Source: Amoebidium appalachense
Taxonomy: Eukaryota; Protista; Ichthyosporea
DNA: 64,000 bases
NCBI GenBank assembly: GCA_963693365.1
Contig: CAVNZM010000003.1
Coordinates: 13,672,914 to 13,736,913, forward strand
Direction of reading: 5' to 3'
Made by a program: the position numbers and the translations under genes. This document shows, one piece after another, positions 9,786 to 20,673 of this stretch. Numbering within the stretch: position 1 is the first letter of the stretch; every line of letters starts with the position of its first letter. The notes under the pieces were generated by a model that was given only the letters and a program-made list of their open reading frames with translations, had not been told where the DNA came from and ran no database searches.

Positions 9786-11947
9786 ATGTCCCCCAAGGTG
9801 CAGCAGCCTCATGGGCACGCTGATGACTTGGACTCTGAGACGAGTAGGGTTTGGCCCCTGGGCAGGTACACTGTCAAGTACCAGTACCCGGAAGACGTGC
9901 ATTCAGGCAAGTGGCGGGAGACCACCGTTGGGTACTTTGGGACTCCCAAAAGTTCACTACTCCGACATAGCTACAAGGCGTTGGTCAGGGGTGGGGTTGA
10001 GGCGTTTTTCAAGAAGGCCGGCACATATCTAGACCCCAACCAGCCACTGGAGCGGTGGGGTGGTCGGTTGCCGGAGGTGGTGAAGGTAGACGTAGCCTAC
10101 CACCCTGGCTATGAGCACTTTGAGGACAAGTACGGTAGCACGTACGTGTGGAACAGACCTAGGGCACCTCCGCCCCCCTTGCCCGACGTGGCCCCCCTGC
10201 CGACCCCACCCCTCCCCCCACCTGTCCCGGCCACACCCCCGGGCCGGGCTCCGGCCATACCGTACCCCCCACCTCCCAAGCCACCCCCACCGCCCAAAAC
10301 CCCTGCCCCAAACGCACCACGCCGCCGGCCCCATAACGAGCCCGCACCCTCCTTCGGGCCCCTGGCACCCCATGTGGCCGGCCCCACCATGCCCACCCCG
10401 CCAGAGTCCCTGAAATGGGAGGTGCCTCCCCCGCCCCGTGTCCCCGTGGCCTTCCCCCCAGAGCTTGACCCACAGACCCCCACGGCACCCCACCTGCCGG
10501 CCAAGCCCAACGGTCCACCCATACCCTTTCCCCCCTTGACGGGCCGGTCCCTGCCGACGTCCAAGCCAGACCGGTCGAGGCTGCCCGGCAAAGGGAAAGG
10601 CACCGGTCTGCCCGTGACACGGACCAGCACAACCCGTCCTGGGTCACTGCCCGGGCCGGTGGCCGTGGCAAGCAAGCACGTCGACGTTGTGGAGCCTGCG
10701 GTAGCCCACGGACCCACCGTAGCCCCGGTACAACCTCTACACACGCCTCCCAATGACGACGACGACGACGACGAGCCAACGACCAGTGCCTGCCCCACGT
10801 CCACGGCCGGCTACCCTGGCCGGCAACGACCCCAACCGCCCCTCCCCACTCCACGTGGGGGTCTTGGCGCCCCATATGACCGGCCCCACCATGCCCACCC
10901 CGCCAGAGTCCTTGTATTGGAAGGCACCCAAAGAACCGGCCACCGCCGTGCCCTTCCCCCCGGAGCTCAACCCACAGACCCCCGTGGCACCCCCACCTGC
11001 CGGCCAAGCCGGACGGACCACCCATACCCTTCCCGCCGCCGACGGTTCAACCCCCGCCACAGTCACCCGCCAAAGGGAACGGTACCGGTCTGCCCATGGA
11101 ACGGGCCACGAGGCCGACTGCCCCGGCCATACCCTTCCCCCCACCACGACAACCGGCACCAACGCCGTACCCCCAGTCTCCTGCCTATCGTGGACCCGAC
11201 CCGCCGGCCATGATACCCCCACGGCCGCCAAAGACTGGCGGGTGGCCGTTGCAGGTTTGGGCCGAAGCCTTCCCCCTCGTGCCTGCGCCCCCAACGCCAG
11301 AGTCCCAGGCCCACCCCACAGCCACGCCTACACCGACGCCCACCAACGAGCTGGACGTGTGGAAAATGAAACTACCCTTGTCCAACGTCACGCTCTTGGA
11401 CGTCGCAAATGCTCTGGCACCAGCCAATTACGAGTTCCAGGAGCCCATGTGGGACTTTGAGAAAGAGTTGTTGGACAAACACCCCGAGTATTATCAAGTT
11501 CTGCAGGGTTTCGCCCCGTACCAAGCCATCAAATTTGTAGCTTGGGGACTCAAGAAGGAAGAGCCCAAGGCCTCGAGGCAGGCCCTGTATGAGTACCGTG
11601 TGCGAGGGGGGAAGCTTTCAGACCTGCCCCTTGGTATTGACGGCCCCACCACCACCACCACGCCCACCCCCACCCCCACCCCAGCAGCCATCGGCTATGA
11701 CGGTGACGTGACGACGTACCCAAGCACCAAGAGGGCGGTCTCGCAAACAGGGGGTGCTGCCGCCGTGTGGAGACCCCCCACGTCCCCCGCCCGACCCGAC
11801 GAGGAGGGGGTGCTGAGTCCCTTTTGGCAGGGGTTGCGGGAACACCTTGACATGCTCGGGCGGGAGAGCCCGGAGGATTTCACAAGGCGGGTGAGGGAGG
11901 ACCAGACGGGGTGGGACCACCCTGCCGTGCCACGGCCTCCTACGTGA
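9786..11947 (+). CDS. Viral proline-rich protein with internal duplication; apparently frameshifted twice
   Basis: ORF pieces 9777-11213, 10753-11460 and 11096-11947 overlap; the LAPH.xGPTMPTPPESLxW...FPPELxPQTP module occurs twice. Confidence 0.5.
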
Positions 11948-12549
11948 GGGGGGTGTTCATGGGGGCAGCACGCCAGCTTCTGGGCAACGTGGTAAGGTGC
12001 CACCATGGTGACGGTGGCCAGCCGGCTATTGCTGACGGCGGTGTTGGTGGCGGTGGTCCGAACCTGCAGGAGGCTGTGTTGGGGAACCGTGACACCCTCG
12101 GAGAACTCCAGAAGGTAGCAAAGGGGGTAGCTCTGCACATGCTGAAGGTTGCTACCAAAGGTAACACTGGGGTACCACGGCTACCGTACACGCCAACAGC
12201 CACGGCTACTGCTCACCCCACCCCCACAGGCACCCCCACGTGGCCACATGGTCCGAGCTTCCCCGTGCCCACCCCCACCGGTGCCCCTTCACCCACAGCC
12301 ACCCCTGGGCTGGCAGCGGCCGTGCACCATCATGCCAACTACGGGAGGGGGGACATGCCCAGGCACCCACACCACCCGCATGTGCGTGCACACGTGCACA
12401 GGTCAGGGGTTGTGCCGGCCAGCCATGCCGCCGGGTATGTCGAGGGTGGCCTGGTCCCTAAGTCTGCCCGTGGGGTGTACCGTACCAAGACAGCCAGCAA
12501 GAAGACGAAGAAGAAGGCGGCCAAGAGGAAGAAGGGTGCCGGCAAATAA
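11911..12549 (+). CDS. Viral protein with His-rich segment and highly basic C-terminus (candidate DNA-binding core protein; may continue the upstream ORF)
   Basis: C-terminus KTASKKTKKKAAKRKKGAGK; first ATG at 11959. Confidence 0.5.
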   Translation: MGPPCRATASYVRGVFMGAARQLLGNVVRCHHGDGGQPAIADGGVGGGGPNLQEAVLGNRDTLGELQKVAKGVALHMLKVATKGNTGVPRLPYTPTATATAHPTPTGTPTWPHGPSFPVPTPTGAPSPTATPGLAAAVHHHANYGRGDMPRHPHHPHVRAHVHRSGVVPASHAAGYVEGGLVPKSARGVYRTKTASKKTKKKAAKRKKGAGK

Positions 12550-12580
12550 TCTACGTCATTAGGCAGCAGCAGCGGCAGAC

Positions 12581-12802
12581 ATGGCACACAGCACCGAGCA
12601 CATGCGCATGCACGCTTTGCCCCACACGCTGGCACCCCTCCCCGTACCCCTACCCTACCGCGCCCGACCCGCACCACAGACCCGCCCGTTCTACGGCCCG
12701 GGCAACGTCATCGAGGGGCCAGGGGGGACCATGAGGCCCAGACCCTCCACCTACACACCGTGGCCCGTGGCCGCCGACCAGAGCTCCTTCCAAAACTTTT
12801 AA
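12581..12802 (+). CDS. Small viral hypothetical protein
   Basis: ATG-initiated 73-aa ORF in the same-strand gene run. Confidence 0.4.
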   Translation: MAHSTEHMRMHALPHTLAPLPVPLPYRARPAPQTRPFYGPGNVIEGPGGTMRPRPSTYTPWPVAADQSSFQNF

Positions 12803-12847
12803 ATATTGTGTGTGCTACTAGTAGTGTAAACAGCCTGCAGCACCATC

Positions 12848-13039
12848 ATGGAGCTCAACCCCGGCGGGCCCCCCACACGCAAGAGGCCGTTTATCTTCCC
12901 GGAAAAGAACAACAACCTGAATGTCATGGACGTGTCCACCATACGGGACTTTCGGCGACGTCCCCTGGCCTACACCGTAAAACTGTCCGGCGTCAACGCC
13001 AATAGACCCATTCGTACGGCACCTGTGGTGTTCAAATAA
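12848..13039 (+). CDS. Small viral hypothetical protein
   Basis: 63-aa ORF whose stop overlaps AATAAA at the convergence point. Confidence 0.45.
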   Translation: MELNPGGPPTRKRPFIFPEKNNNLNVMDVSTIRDFRRRPLAYTVKLSGVNANRPIRTAPVVFK

Positions 13040-13743
13040 ACCTGGGCGGGTCGACGGTAGTGTGGGCACGTGCTGGCACACCCCCACTACCCTCACACGC
13101 CTGCCACAACCCCATTCTATTGTGCACAGTGTTGTCTCTAAATGCAGAGCGGAGGGGGTGCCCGTACAACCTGTTAAGTATGTAAGGCACGCGTGTGTAG
13201 TGTTGGTTGAGTTTGTTCTGTCTCAGCACCCTCCTTGCCTGGTCGGCGTTCTCTATGCCTTGCACGCCCCTGAATGCTGCCACCACCCCCTCCTGCATGT
13301 CACCCATACTCGCATTCAGGCCCTGCACCGACTGCAGCAGCTGCTTGAAGCGGTTAATGTGTCTGTATGGCTGTGACCTCTTTCTGTCCCAGAAGGCCGT
13401 GCACCCCTCATACGTCTTCCTCCCCTCCCCGTCGCTGCCCCTCCCACCCCCTCCCGTCGTACACCCAGTCCTCCTCCTCCTCCTCCCCCTCCCCCTCCCC
13501 CCTCCCTCCCCCCTCCTCGTACACGTACTCCTGGTCCCCTCCGTCGTGCTCGTATTCGTCGTGTTCCCCCGTGCACGTCTCCCTCTCCTTGCAGTATGCC
13601 CACCAGCACCCTTGTGTCTGTGGCCGTGGCCGTGGCTGTGTGGTGGTGTTGCAGTACATGTCGTAGAGGAAGGGGCACAGGTCTAGCAGCTTCTCAGGGT
13701 CCGTGGTGTTGGCCACCATACTTAGCAACGTGTCTTCGTCCAT
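13032..13743 (-). CDS. VLTF3-like late transcription factor (one frameshift in a G-run near 13450)
   Basis: Manual reading gives PYRHINRFKQLLQSVQG...ARRVLRQNKLNQHYTRVPYILNRLYGHP. This resembles the VLTF3 pattern Y.R.NHF...L.Q.Q...R..LK.L.L.KYY...P.I..RL.G. Confidence 0.55.
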
Positions 13744-14201
13744 TTTTTTTTCCGTGTCAGTGTGTGTGTGTGTGTTTCGGCCGAAGTTCACCTAATTCGT
13801 GATGTTGACTGTTTTTGTGTTGGAAAAAAGTGACGTGTCTGTGCACACGTGTGTGCCTTTTATATGTGCTGGTGCCTGCTCTTTTTGGCAAGCCTCCCGC
13901 CCTTGTACACGTGTATGGTTCCGGTGTTGGTGTTGCTTTTGCCGAAGGACACATTGGACATGCTTGGTTTTGCATTAAGCTCTGAATTTATTGGCTGCCT
14001 GCCCTCGTGCATACGGTGCACGTGGTGTATGCCTAAAAACACCATCTTTTTCCTCTTCTGCCGGTGACCCCCCTGCCCGTGCACTCTGCACCCCATTTTT
14101 CTTTCTTCTAATGCTAGGTTAACAAACACACCACATAATTTTCCACTGCTAGACTACCTCCTAACTAACCCCCCTCCCTCCCCCCTACCCCCTCCCCCCA
14201 C

Positions 14202-15688
14202 TCAAAACTGCAGGTTCCCCTCCGGTGCCGCCCACCCGATGGGGTAGCTGCGTACACTGCCGTCTGCTGCCTCGAACACCCCCCTCTTGTCGAACGCCCC
14301 CGACTGTGTCTTGCGCTGGTCCTTGCTGGCCAGGTGGTAGTTGTGGGGGACCCCGGGCACGGGCTCCCGCAGCAGCCGGTGGTTGGTGACGCTCACACTC
14401 GGCAGCTCGCCGTGCACCAGCATGCGCAGGCTGGGGAGGTTCACCATGTCGGCCGCCCGGCGGGACAGGGTGATGCCCTTGACCTTCACGTCGGTCTTGC
14501 CGTCCTGGGTGCGGTAGGCATAGTACGTCTTGGGGGCCACCCCCACAAACTCGACGATGGGTGTCGACGTCTCGTTCTTCCAGTTGCCCAGCAAGTCCCC
14601 GTTGGTGGAGTCGATGTTGTGGCTGAGGTGGGGCACCCTGCTGTCGTAGTGGTAGACGATGGAGTCGGTGTCCATGTACACCACCTGCTGGGGGGAGAGG
14701 GACCGGAGGGCCCCGTAGAGGTGCAGCCGAGCATGGGCCGTCACGAACGTGCCGATGGCAATGTTGGCGTAGGAGGGGGGTGGGACCGTCTCCTTCTTGG
14801 GCCGGTACTTGATGGCCGTGACCCTCTGCTCGCCGATGGGCTCGACGTCGAGCACCAGCAGGTTGGGGTTCGTCACCAGCAGCCTCAGCCTGTCGACGTC
14901 GTCGACAAACTCGATGGTGTCCAGCCCTGCCCTCTGCACCAGCTTGCCCCAGAGGCTGTTCAGAAACAGCTTGCTGATGGTACGCAGGGCCGGGTTGGGC
15001 TCGAACTCGTGGGCGGCCACCGTGATGCCGTAGTGTTCTTTGAACAGGTGCACGAGGGCGGGGATGTCGGCCGGATCTACGGTGGTGCTGGTGAGCTTCA
15101 CCTTCAGGAACGTCTGCACGTACTTCCGGAAGAGGTTCTTGGTGCGTTTCTTGAAGTGCACCACGTCGTACACGTCGAGGATGGTGTACCCATCACGCAC
15201 GGCCACCTTCAGCTCCTCCGTCGTCCACGTGCCCACCAGTGCCCTCTCCTCGTCCGTGTGTGTGCATTGTGTGTGCTCACGTACCCTGGGGTTGCCGTCC
15301 TCGTCCATGCAGGTGGCCTGGGCCTCCTCCTTGCTGCTGCAGGCCCGGCACAGCACAAAGCCCAGCTTGTCGTACCCCTGGGCACCCGTCATACGCACAG
15401 GCAGCACGGGGATGAACAGGTCCTTGGGGGGGAGCACCCTCACACGTGCAACACCAAAGTACCCCTTGGTCCTGGCCTGGGGGGAGCCGGGGGTCATACG
15501 GCACGTCTTGTCGAGCCTCTCCTTCAGCACCTGGGCATCCGTGACGATGGCCGTGGGGTGGTCCTCCGTCTTGATGGGCAGTGACGTGAACCACTGTGAC
15601 TTGCCCACCGGCATGTACTTGTCAATCATCACGTACGGGTAGAGGGAGGTGACGTCGACGTACTTGAGCCCGGCCTCCGGCCAGTCCT
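14202..15688 (-). CDS. Protein-primed family B DNA polymerase, C-terminal part (palm), separated by the TRIM insertion
   Basis: Motifs YVDVTSLYP, KLFLNSLWGK, YMDTDS and KVKGI. Confidence 0.95.
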
Positions 15689-15979
15689 TTTTGGATTTTT
15701 GTCCTGGTGCAGAGACTAGCGATCTTGCTAGCCTTGAGATCACAACCTAACCACTGCCGATGGTTGTGATGACGCCAGTAAAGGCGTGCTGGCTTTTTAC
15801 CCCAGCGAGAAGAGGATGAGAAAAAGATGATCCCGACGGGATTTGAACCCGCGACCCCTCTATCTCCGGTCGAGTGCTCTACCAACTGAGCTACGAGATC
15901 GGTTAAGATCTCGCAGGCCACCAGCCGATCATGATCTGATTCATGCGATCGGACTGGATAACGATACCATCTTCCAACA
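15689..15979 (-). repeat. TRIM 3' LTR
   Basis: TGTTGGAAG...TCCAAAA; only one difference from the 5' LTR found by eye. Confidence 0.92.
15828..15900 (-). tRNA. tRNA-like gene (anticodon position GGA, probably non-decoding) in the 3' LTR
   Basis: Cloverleaf with GATCTCG/CGGGATC acceptor, A box TAGCTCAGTTGG, B box GGTTCAAATCC and TTTTT terminator 2 nt downstream. Confidence 0.8.
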
Positions 15980-16060
15980 TCCCCACTCAGGACGAATCGC
16001 AGAATCAGGTTAGGGTGGACTGCCCCCTCAGTCCCCACTGAACCTCTGTTCATGCTACCA

Positions 16061-16351
16061 TTTTGGATTTTTGTCCTGGTGCAGAGACTAGCGATCTTGC
16101 TAGCCTTGAGATCACAACCTAACCACTGCCGATGGTTGTGATGACGCCAGTAAAGGCGTGCTGGCTTTTTACCCCAGCGAGAAGAGGATGAGAAAAAGAT
16201 GATCTCGACGGGATTTGAACCCGCGACCCCTCTATCTCCGGTCGAGTGCTCTACCAACTGAGCTACGAGATCGGTTAAGATCTCGCAGGCCACCAGCCGA
16301 TCATGATCTGATTCATGCGATCGGACTGGATAACGATACCATCTTCCAACA
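16061..16351 (-). repeat. TRIM 5' LTR
   Basis: Direct repeat of 15689-15979 (offset 372), followed immediately by the PBS. Confidence 0.92.
16200..16272 (-). tRNA. tRNA-like gene (anticodon position GGA, probably non-decoding) in the 5' LTR
   Basis: GATCTCG TA GCTC AGTTGGTA GAGC A CTCGA CCGGAGA TAGAG GGGTC GCGGG TTCAAAT CCCGT CGAGATC A; perfect 7-bp acceptor stem. Confidence 0.82.
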
Positions 16352-16356
16352 GTCCT

Positions 16357-19300
16357 CCTCCTTGACCTCGATGTGACGGGTGATGACCTCCGTACGGCCA
16401 CCAAAGAAGGCATCACGGAACTGCACCGGACCCGTGGGCACGGGGGCCACCCTGCCGGTGCCCTCCCTCCGTGCCGCCTGTGCTGCAAGGGCAGCCTTGA
16501 CCTCGGGGCTCTGCCTCAGCCTGTCCCACCTGCACACCCACATGCTCTGCATCTTGTGGCCCTGGGCACGGATGTACCTCTCGTGGGCCATGGTGCTGTC
16601 GTAGGCCTCCCTGGCCGGCCTCTTCACCACCCTCATCGTCATGTCCTCGTGCCTGTTGCAGTCAGGGCACCCATGGAACACGCACCCGTGGAAGAAGTAG
16701 TAGGTGCACGTGCCGTCGTCGTGGGTGGCCTTGGCATCGGCCGTGGCCCTGCCGTGGGGGTCGTACCCGGTGGCCACGTGCCGTGCAACGTCGTCTGGCC
16801 CCACCCCCAGGCCGTGGGTGACGTAGTCGATGTACTCCTGCTCCTTCTTGCTGCTGTTCACGTTGCCCATGGTCTGGTCACGCATCACGGCCACGTCCTT
16901 GGGCATGGCCTGCGTGATCCAGAAGTGCATGGCGAGGGAAGCAAGGGTCACGCACGTGAAGGGGTCGATGCCCGTCAGCTCGATGAGTTTCGACATGAAG
17001 GCCTTGACCACCTGCTGCAGCAGCACCACATCCTTGACACAGTAGTCCTCGCACTGCTGGGCAATGTCGTAGCACGTGCCCGCCGGTGCCTGCCCCTGTA
17101 GCCGTGCCTGCTCCTCCCGCCACCACTGCATGAAGGCAGCATGCTGCTTGGGCTTCATGTCCTGGGCCCCAAAGTCCTCGGGCCCGGGGAAGGGGATGTG
17201 GCCGGCCTTGAAGTTGGCAAAGGTGGCTGCATGGTGGGGGAAGTGGCCCTTGGTCTCCTGGCAGCCCATGGCCTTGCCTGCATCCGACAGTGACATGGTG
17301 AGGAAGTTGAGGGTGCCGTCCCCCCTCTGCCCCCCGTGCCTCCTCTTCCGGCCGGCACCTGCTGCTGCTGCCTGCTGCTGCACATCACCATGGCCATCAC
17401 CATGGCCATTGCCATCGTGGCCATGGCCATCGCCATCGGCACCATCACCATCCACCTGCATGGGTACGGGGGCTGCTGGTGCACCGGCATTCTTGACGTA
17501 GTGGCGTATACGGCAGGACTTGATCTTGCTGTTGGCCATGATGGGCACGTACACGTAGTCCTGGCTGCCCACCACCCTCTTGGTCACAAAGTGGAAGTCA
17601 AAGCCACTGCCGTTGTGGCAGTACACCCGGCCACCGGCATGGGCAGGGGTGTCAAACAGCCATGCCACCACCTTGTCAATCACGTGGTGGTGGTCCTCCA
17701 TCAGCACGTCCCACCCGTTCTTGCCGTCGGCAGAGTCCTCCGGCCAGAAGACGATGGGGGCAGACGGCTGGCCGTCCATTGGCTCGACGTACATGGCCAC
17801 TGCATGGTACACGATGTGGATGAAGTGGGGGTTTTCGGGGGTGTGGTCGGGGGCGGGCACGGGCATGGTCTCGAAGTCCAGCACAATGTCCCTGATGGGC
17901 TGCCGGGTCTGCTTCCACGAGCCCTCGCTGCCGTCGTCGGGCACGTGCCGTTTGCACACGTGGGCACCCACCCTGCCGTCGGCACCATCCACCCTGGCCC
18001 TCTGCCGTGCAGGTGACCCATCCCCCTCCCCCTCCTCCCCCTCCTCCCCCTGCCCATGCTCGTTGGAGTAGCACGCCACCCTGTCGCACGCCGTGCCGTC
18101 TGCATCCGTGTGCGTGCACATGTAGACACGTCGCTGGTCACGCTTGCTGCGTATGAGGCACGTGTGGTTGCCGGGCATGTACCCCCCACAGCCCTTGCAG
18201 TCGTAGTCGGTGCACAGGTGCTGTGTCCACGTGTCGTCCTTCTTCTTGCCCCCGTGCTCACCCCCATCATCCCCCTCCCCCTCAGACATCTGCATGAGGT
18301 CAACGGCATCGCCATCATCATCATCGTCACCTTCGTCGTCCGATGAGTCGGCAAGGCCGGGTGGGGGGTCTGAGTCGGCATCCTCGGCATCCGAGTCCTC
18401 CTCCGTGCCCGTGCCCCAGCCCCAGTCCTCCCCCTCGTCGTTGGCGCCGGCATCTGCACCTGCATCGTACCCCCCTTGCTCCTGGGCGGTGTGCAGCCGA
18501 CGTAGCCGGCGCACGCTGGCGTACTTGAACTTGTAGAAGAACCGGCCGGCAGGGTTGCCTGACACACACACCCGGCGGGCACCATCCCCAGCATCCATCA
18601 CCCTGTACCCCTGCAGGCCGTGGGTGCACGTGTCCAGCCGGCACCAGAACACGTTGTCGCAGAAGGACAGTCCCTTGCCGCCGGCCCCTGCCCCTGAGCC
18701 CTTGAGCTTGGTGCTGTGGTTGGCCATGCACTTGGCCGACGGGAAGAGGCCACAGCAGTCGTCACAACGGTAAGGCCATGCCTCCTCCCCTGCCCGTGCA
18801 AGCTGCAGACGGCGCTCGGGGGTCCACACACAGGCGTTGGCCTGGTCGATGCGGTCCCCCTTTGACCCACAGTTGTCACACTGGTTCACACAACGGTGCA
18901 CCCCCATGTTCTTGGCTTGCACGGTCTGGTTGCAGTGGAAGCAGGTGCTGAGGCTCCGGCGTACCTCCCCCGTGTGGTTGCTGTGTCGTAGGCGCTCGAT
19001 GGCCGTGCTGACACTGGAGGTGATGGCCGTGAAGTGCCCCAGCTTCTGGGAGTGGGCCAAGTACATGGTGCACAGCTTGGAGGGGGGTAGGGCCGTGCTC
19101 AGGTCCCCGTACCGGCGTAGCACTCTGGCCCCGCTGTCCATGTCCACCACCACCAACCGCAGGCGGGTGACTGACTCAGGCTGCTCGGCAATGGCCGTGT
19201 TGAAGGCATCCACGGCTGCACCCAGTTCATCCACCGTCAGGCCGTCCTCTGCAGGCACGGGCAGGTCGTACTTGGCCCACAGCACGCGGGTTGCCCTCAC

Positions 19301-20440
19301 CAATCTCCGCAGGTAGCGGTCCTTGAAGTGGCTACGGTAGTCTGTGGGTGTGAGTAGCAGGTTGCACACCCCACAGCCGGAAGATCTCGACCTCCCCGGG
19401 GTCGTGTTGCCGACCCCCACCACCTCCTCCGGGGTCAGCAGGTGGCACAGCACGTGGTGGTCCTTGCGATCCTTGAGGTTTCCCCCCTTGCCCAACACCT
19501 TGCGTGTGTGCTCGGTGGGCAGGTTGGCCTGCTCGTTGCCATTGGCTGCCTTCTTCACCCACATCACCATGCTGTACAGCAGGCACAGCTGGGCACAGTT
19601 GGGGCCGTAGGCAAAGCCGTGAAGCTGCTGGTGGTCTAGGCGGGTCTCCCCGGTCACCTGTGGGTCGTCGGTGGTGCAGGCATCCTGCACCAGGGCGGTC
19701 ACATCCACCACGGCCTTGGCCTCCACCAGATCCCGCAGCCACTGTGCACCCACCCCCGTGGTGGTGGACTGGGACCCACAGGCACCCCTCCTCACCATGT
19801 CCTTGGGCCGGGCCACTGTCAGATGCACGCTGGACCGGCCGTCCATGAAGGTCTCGGCTGCACTCTGGGTACGTTGACGTATGTTCTCCATCAGCTTGAG
19901 CACCACGGCGTTGACATCACCATTGAACACGTCCATGGGGCCGGCAGTAAACACACGACGGTTGGTGACGTCGGCATTGGGGTTGCCATCATCCCCCACC
20001 TGGTTGTCCACACCGTTGGCCTGCACGTGCAGGCTGATGATACGCACAATCAGCATGTCCCCCGCCTGCACATCTGCACGGGCAATGGCATCGAACAGCA
20101 TGGCTGCAAAGCTTAAGAACTGGGGGAACTCAGTGACGTCAAGGGTGCGCAGGGGTTGGTACTCGAGGGTGTGGCCGCGTACACACAGTCCCCGTGCCTG
20201 CATGTCATCTACACGGGAACGCAGCCGCCAGTTGCCCTCGGCGGGCATGGCAATGATCTGGGGGTCATCGGGGTGGTTGATGGGGGCGGGGGCGGGGGGG
20301 AGGCCGGGGAGGGGTGGGGGTGGGGGTGGTGGGGCCAACATGGCCTGCAGAAACGGGTGGGCTTGCAGGACCTGCTGCGGGTCGGCATCCAGTGCCCGCA
20401 ACAGGTCATCTTCAAACTCTTCCTGGCTCTCTCTGAACAT
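16357..20440 (-). CDS. Protein-primed PolB, N-terminal part (long N-terminal region, Zn-finger clusters, 3'-5' exonuclease, inserted nuclease-like domain)
   Basis: ExoI LDFET, ExoII HNGSGFDFHF, ExoIII YCVKDV, KGHFPH, Polinton-type FHGCVFHGCPDC insert and FFGGRTE; ~1856 aa after removing the TRIM. Confidence 0.93.
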
Positions 20441-20673
20441 CTTGAAATGTAACCTTAGATCTCAGGCTGTAATCTTAGAAATCTCAAGTATCAATCTAAT
20501 TAATAATTACTAGGCTAAGCCTGGCTGTGCCAGAGCAACGCCTCAATAAAGAACAGTATCCAAAATAACAAGCCTGTGCCTGTGCAATAAATCTCCAAAG
20601 CAAACATCTTGCAAAAAACAACGTCGGTACGTGTTTGTGTGTGTGTGTGGCCGCGGTGACCGCCTGTGTACCT

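Larger units (their letters stand above)
15689..16351 (-). mobile_element. TRIM (terminal-repeat retrotransposon in miniature), 663 bp, with tRNA-containing LTRs
   Basis: Two 291-bp direct LTRs flank an 81-bp interior with PBS TGGTAGCA (16060-16053) and PPT-like GAGTGGGGA (15988-15980). A 5-bp TSD GTCCT lies at 15684-15688 and 16352-16356. Excision restores pPolB ..EVKEEDWPEAGLKYVDV.. Confidence 0.9.

Noticed and set aside
15828-16272. Virus-encoded functional tRNA-Ser(GGA) genes or a tandem SINE dimer
   Set aside because: Both copies sit in LTRs of an insertion that breaks pPolB. C33, a stem mismatch and the short variable arm argue against Ser decoding. PBS, PPT, TG start and a 5-bp TSD argue against a SINE.
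15622-16488. 288-aa ORF with an internal repeat, or an intein/intron in pPolB
   Set aside because: It is a chance reading through the two LTRs; the insertion shifts the frame, has a TSD and lacks splice or intein motifs.
6632-20513. Long antisense ORFs such as 6632-7597, 8142-9365 and 14334-15584
   Set aside because: They are shadows of high-GC3 genes on the opposite strand and have no motifs.
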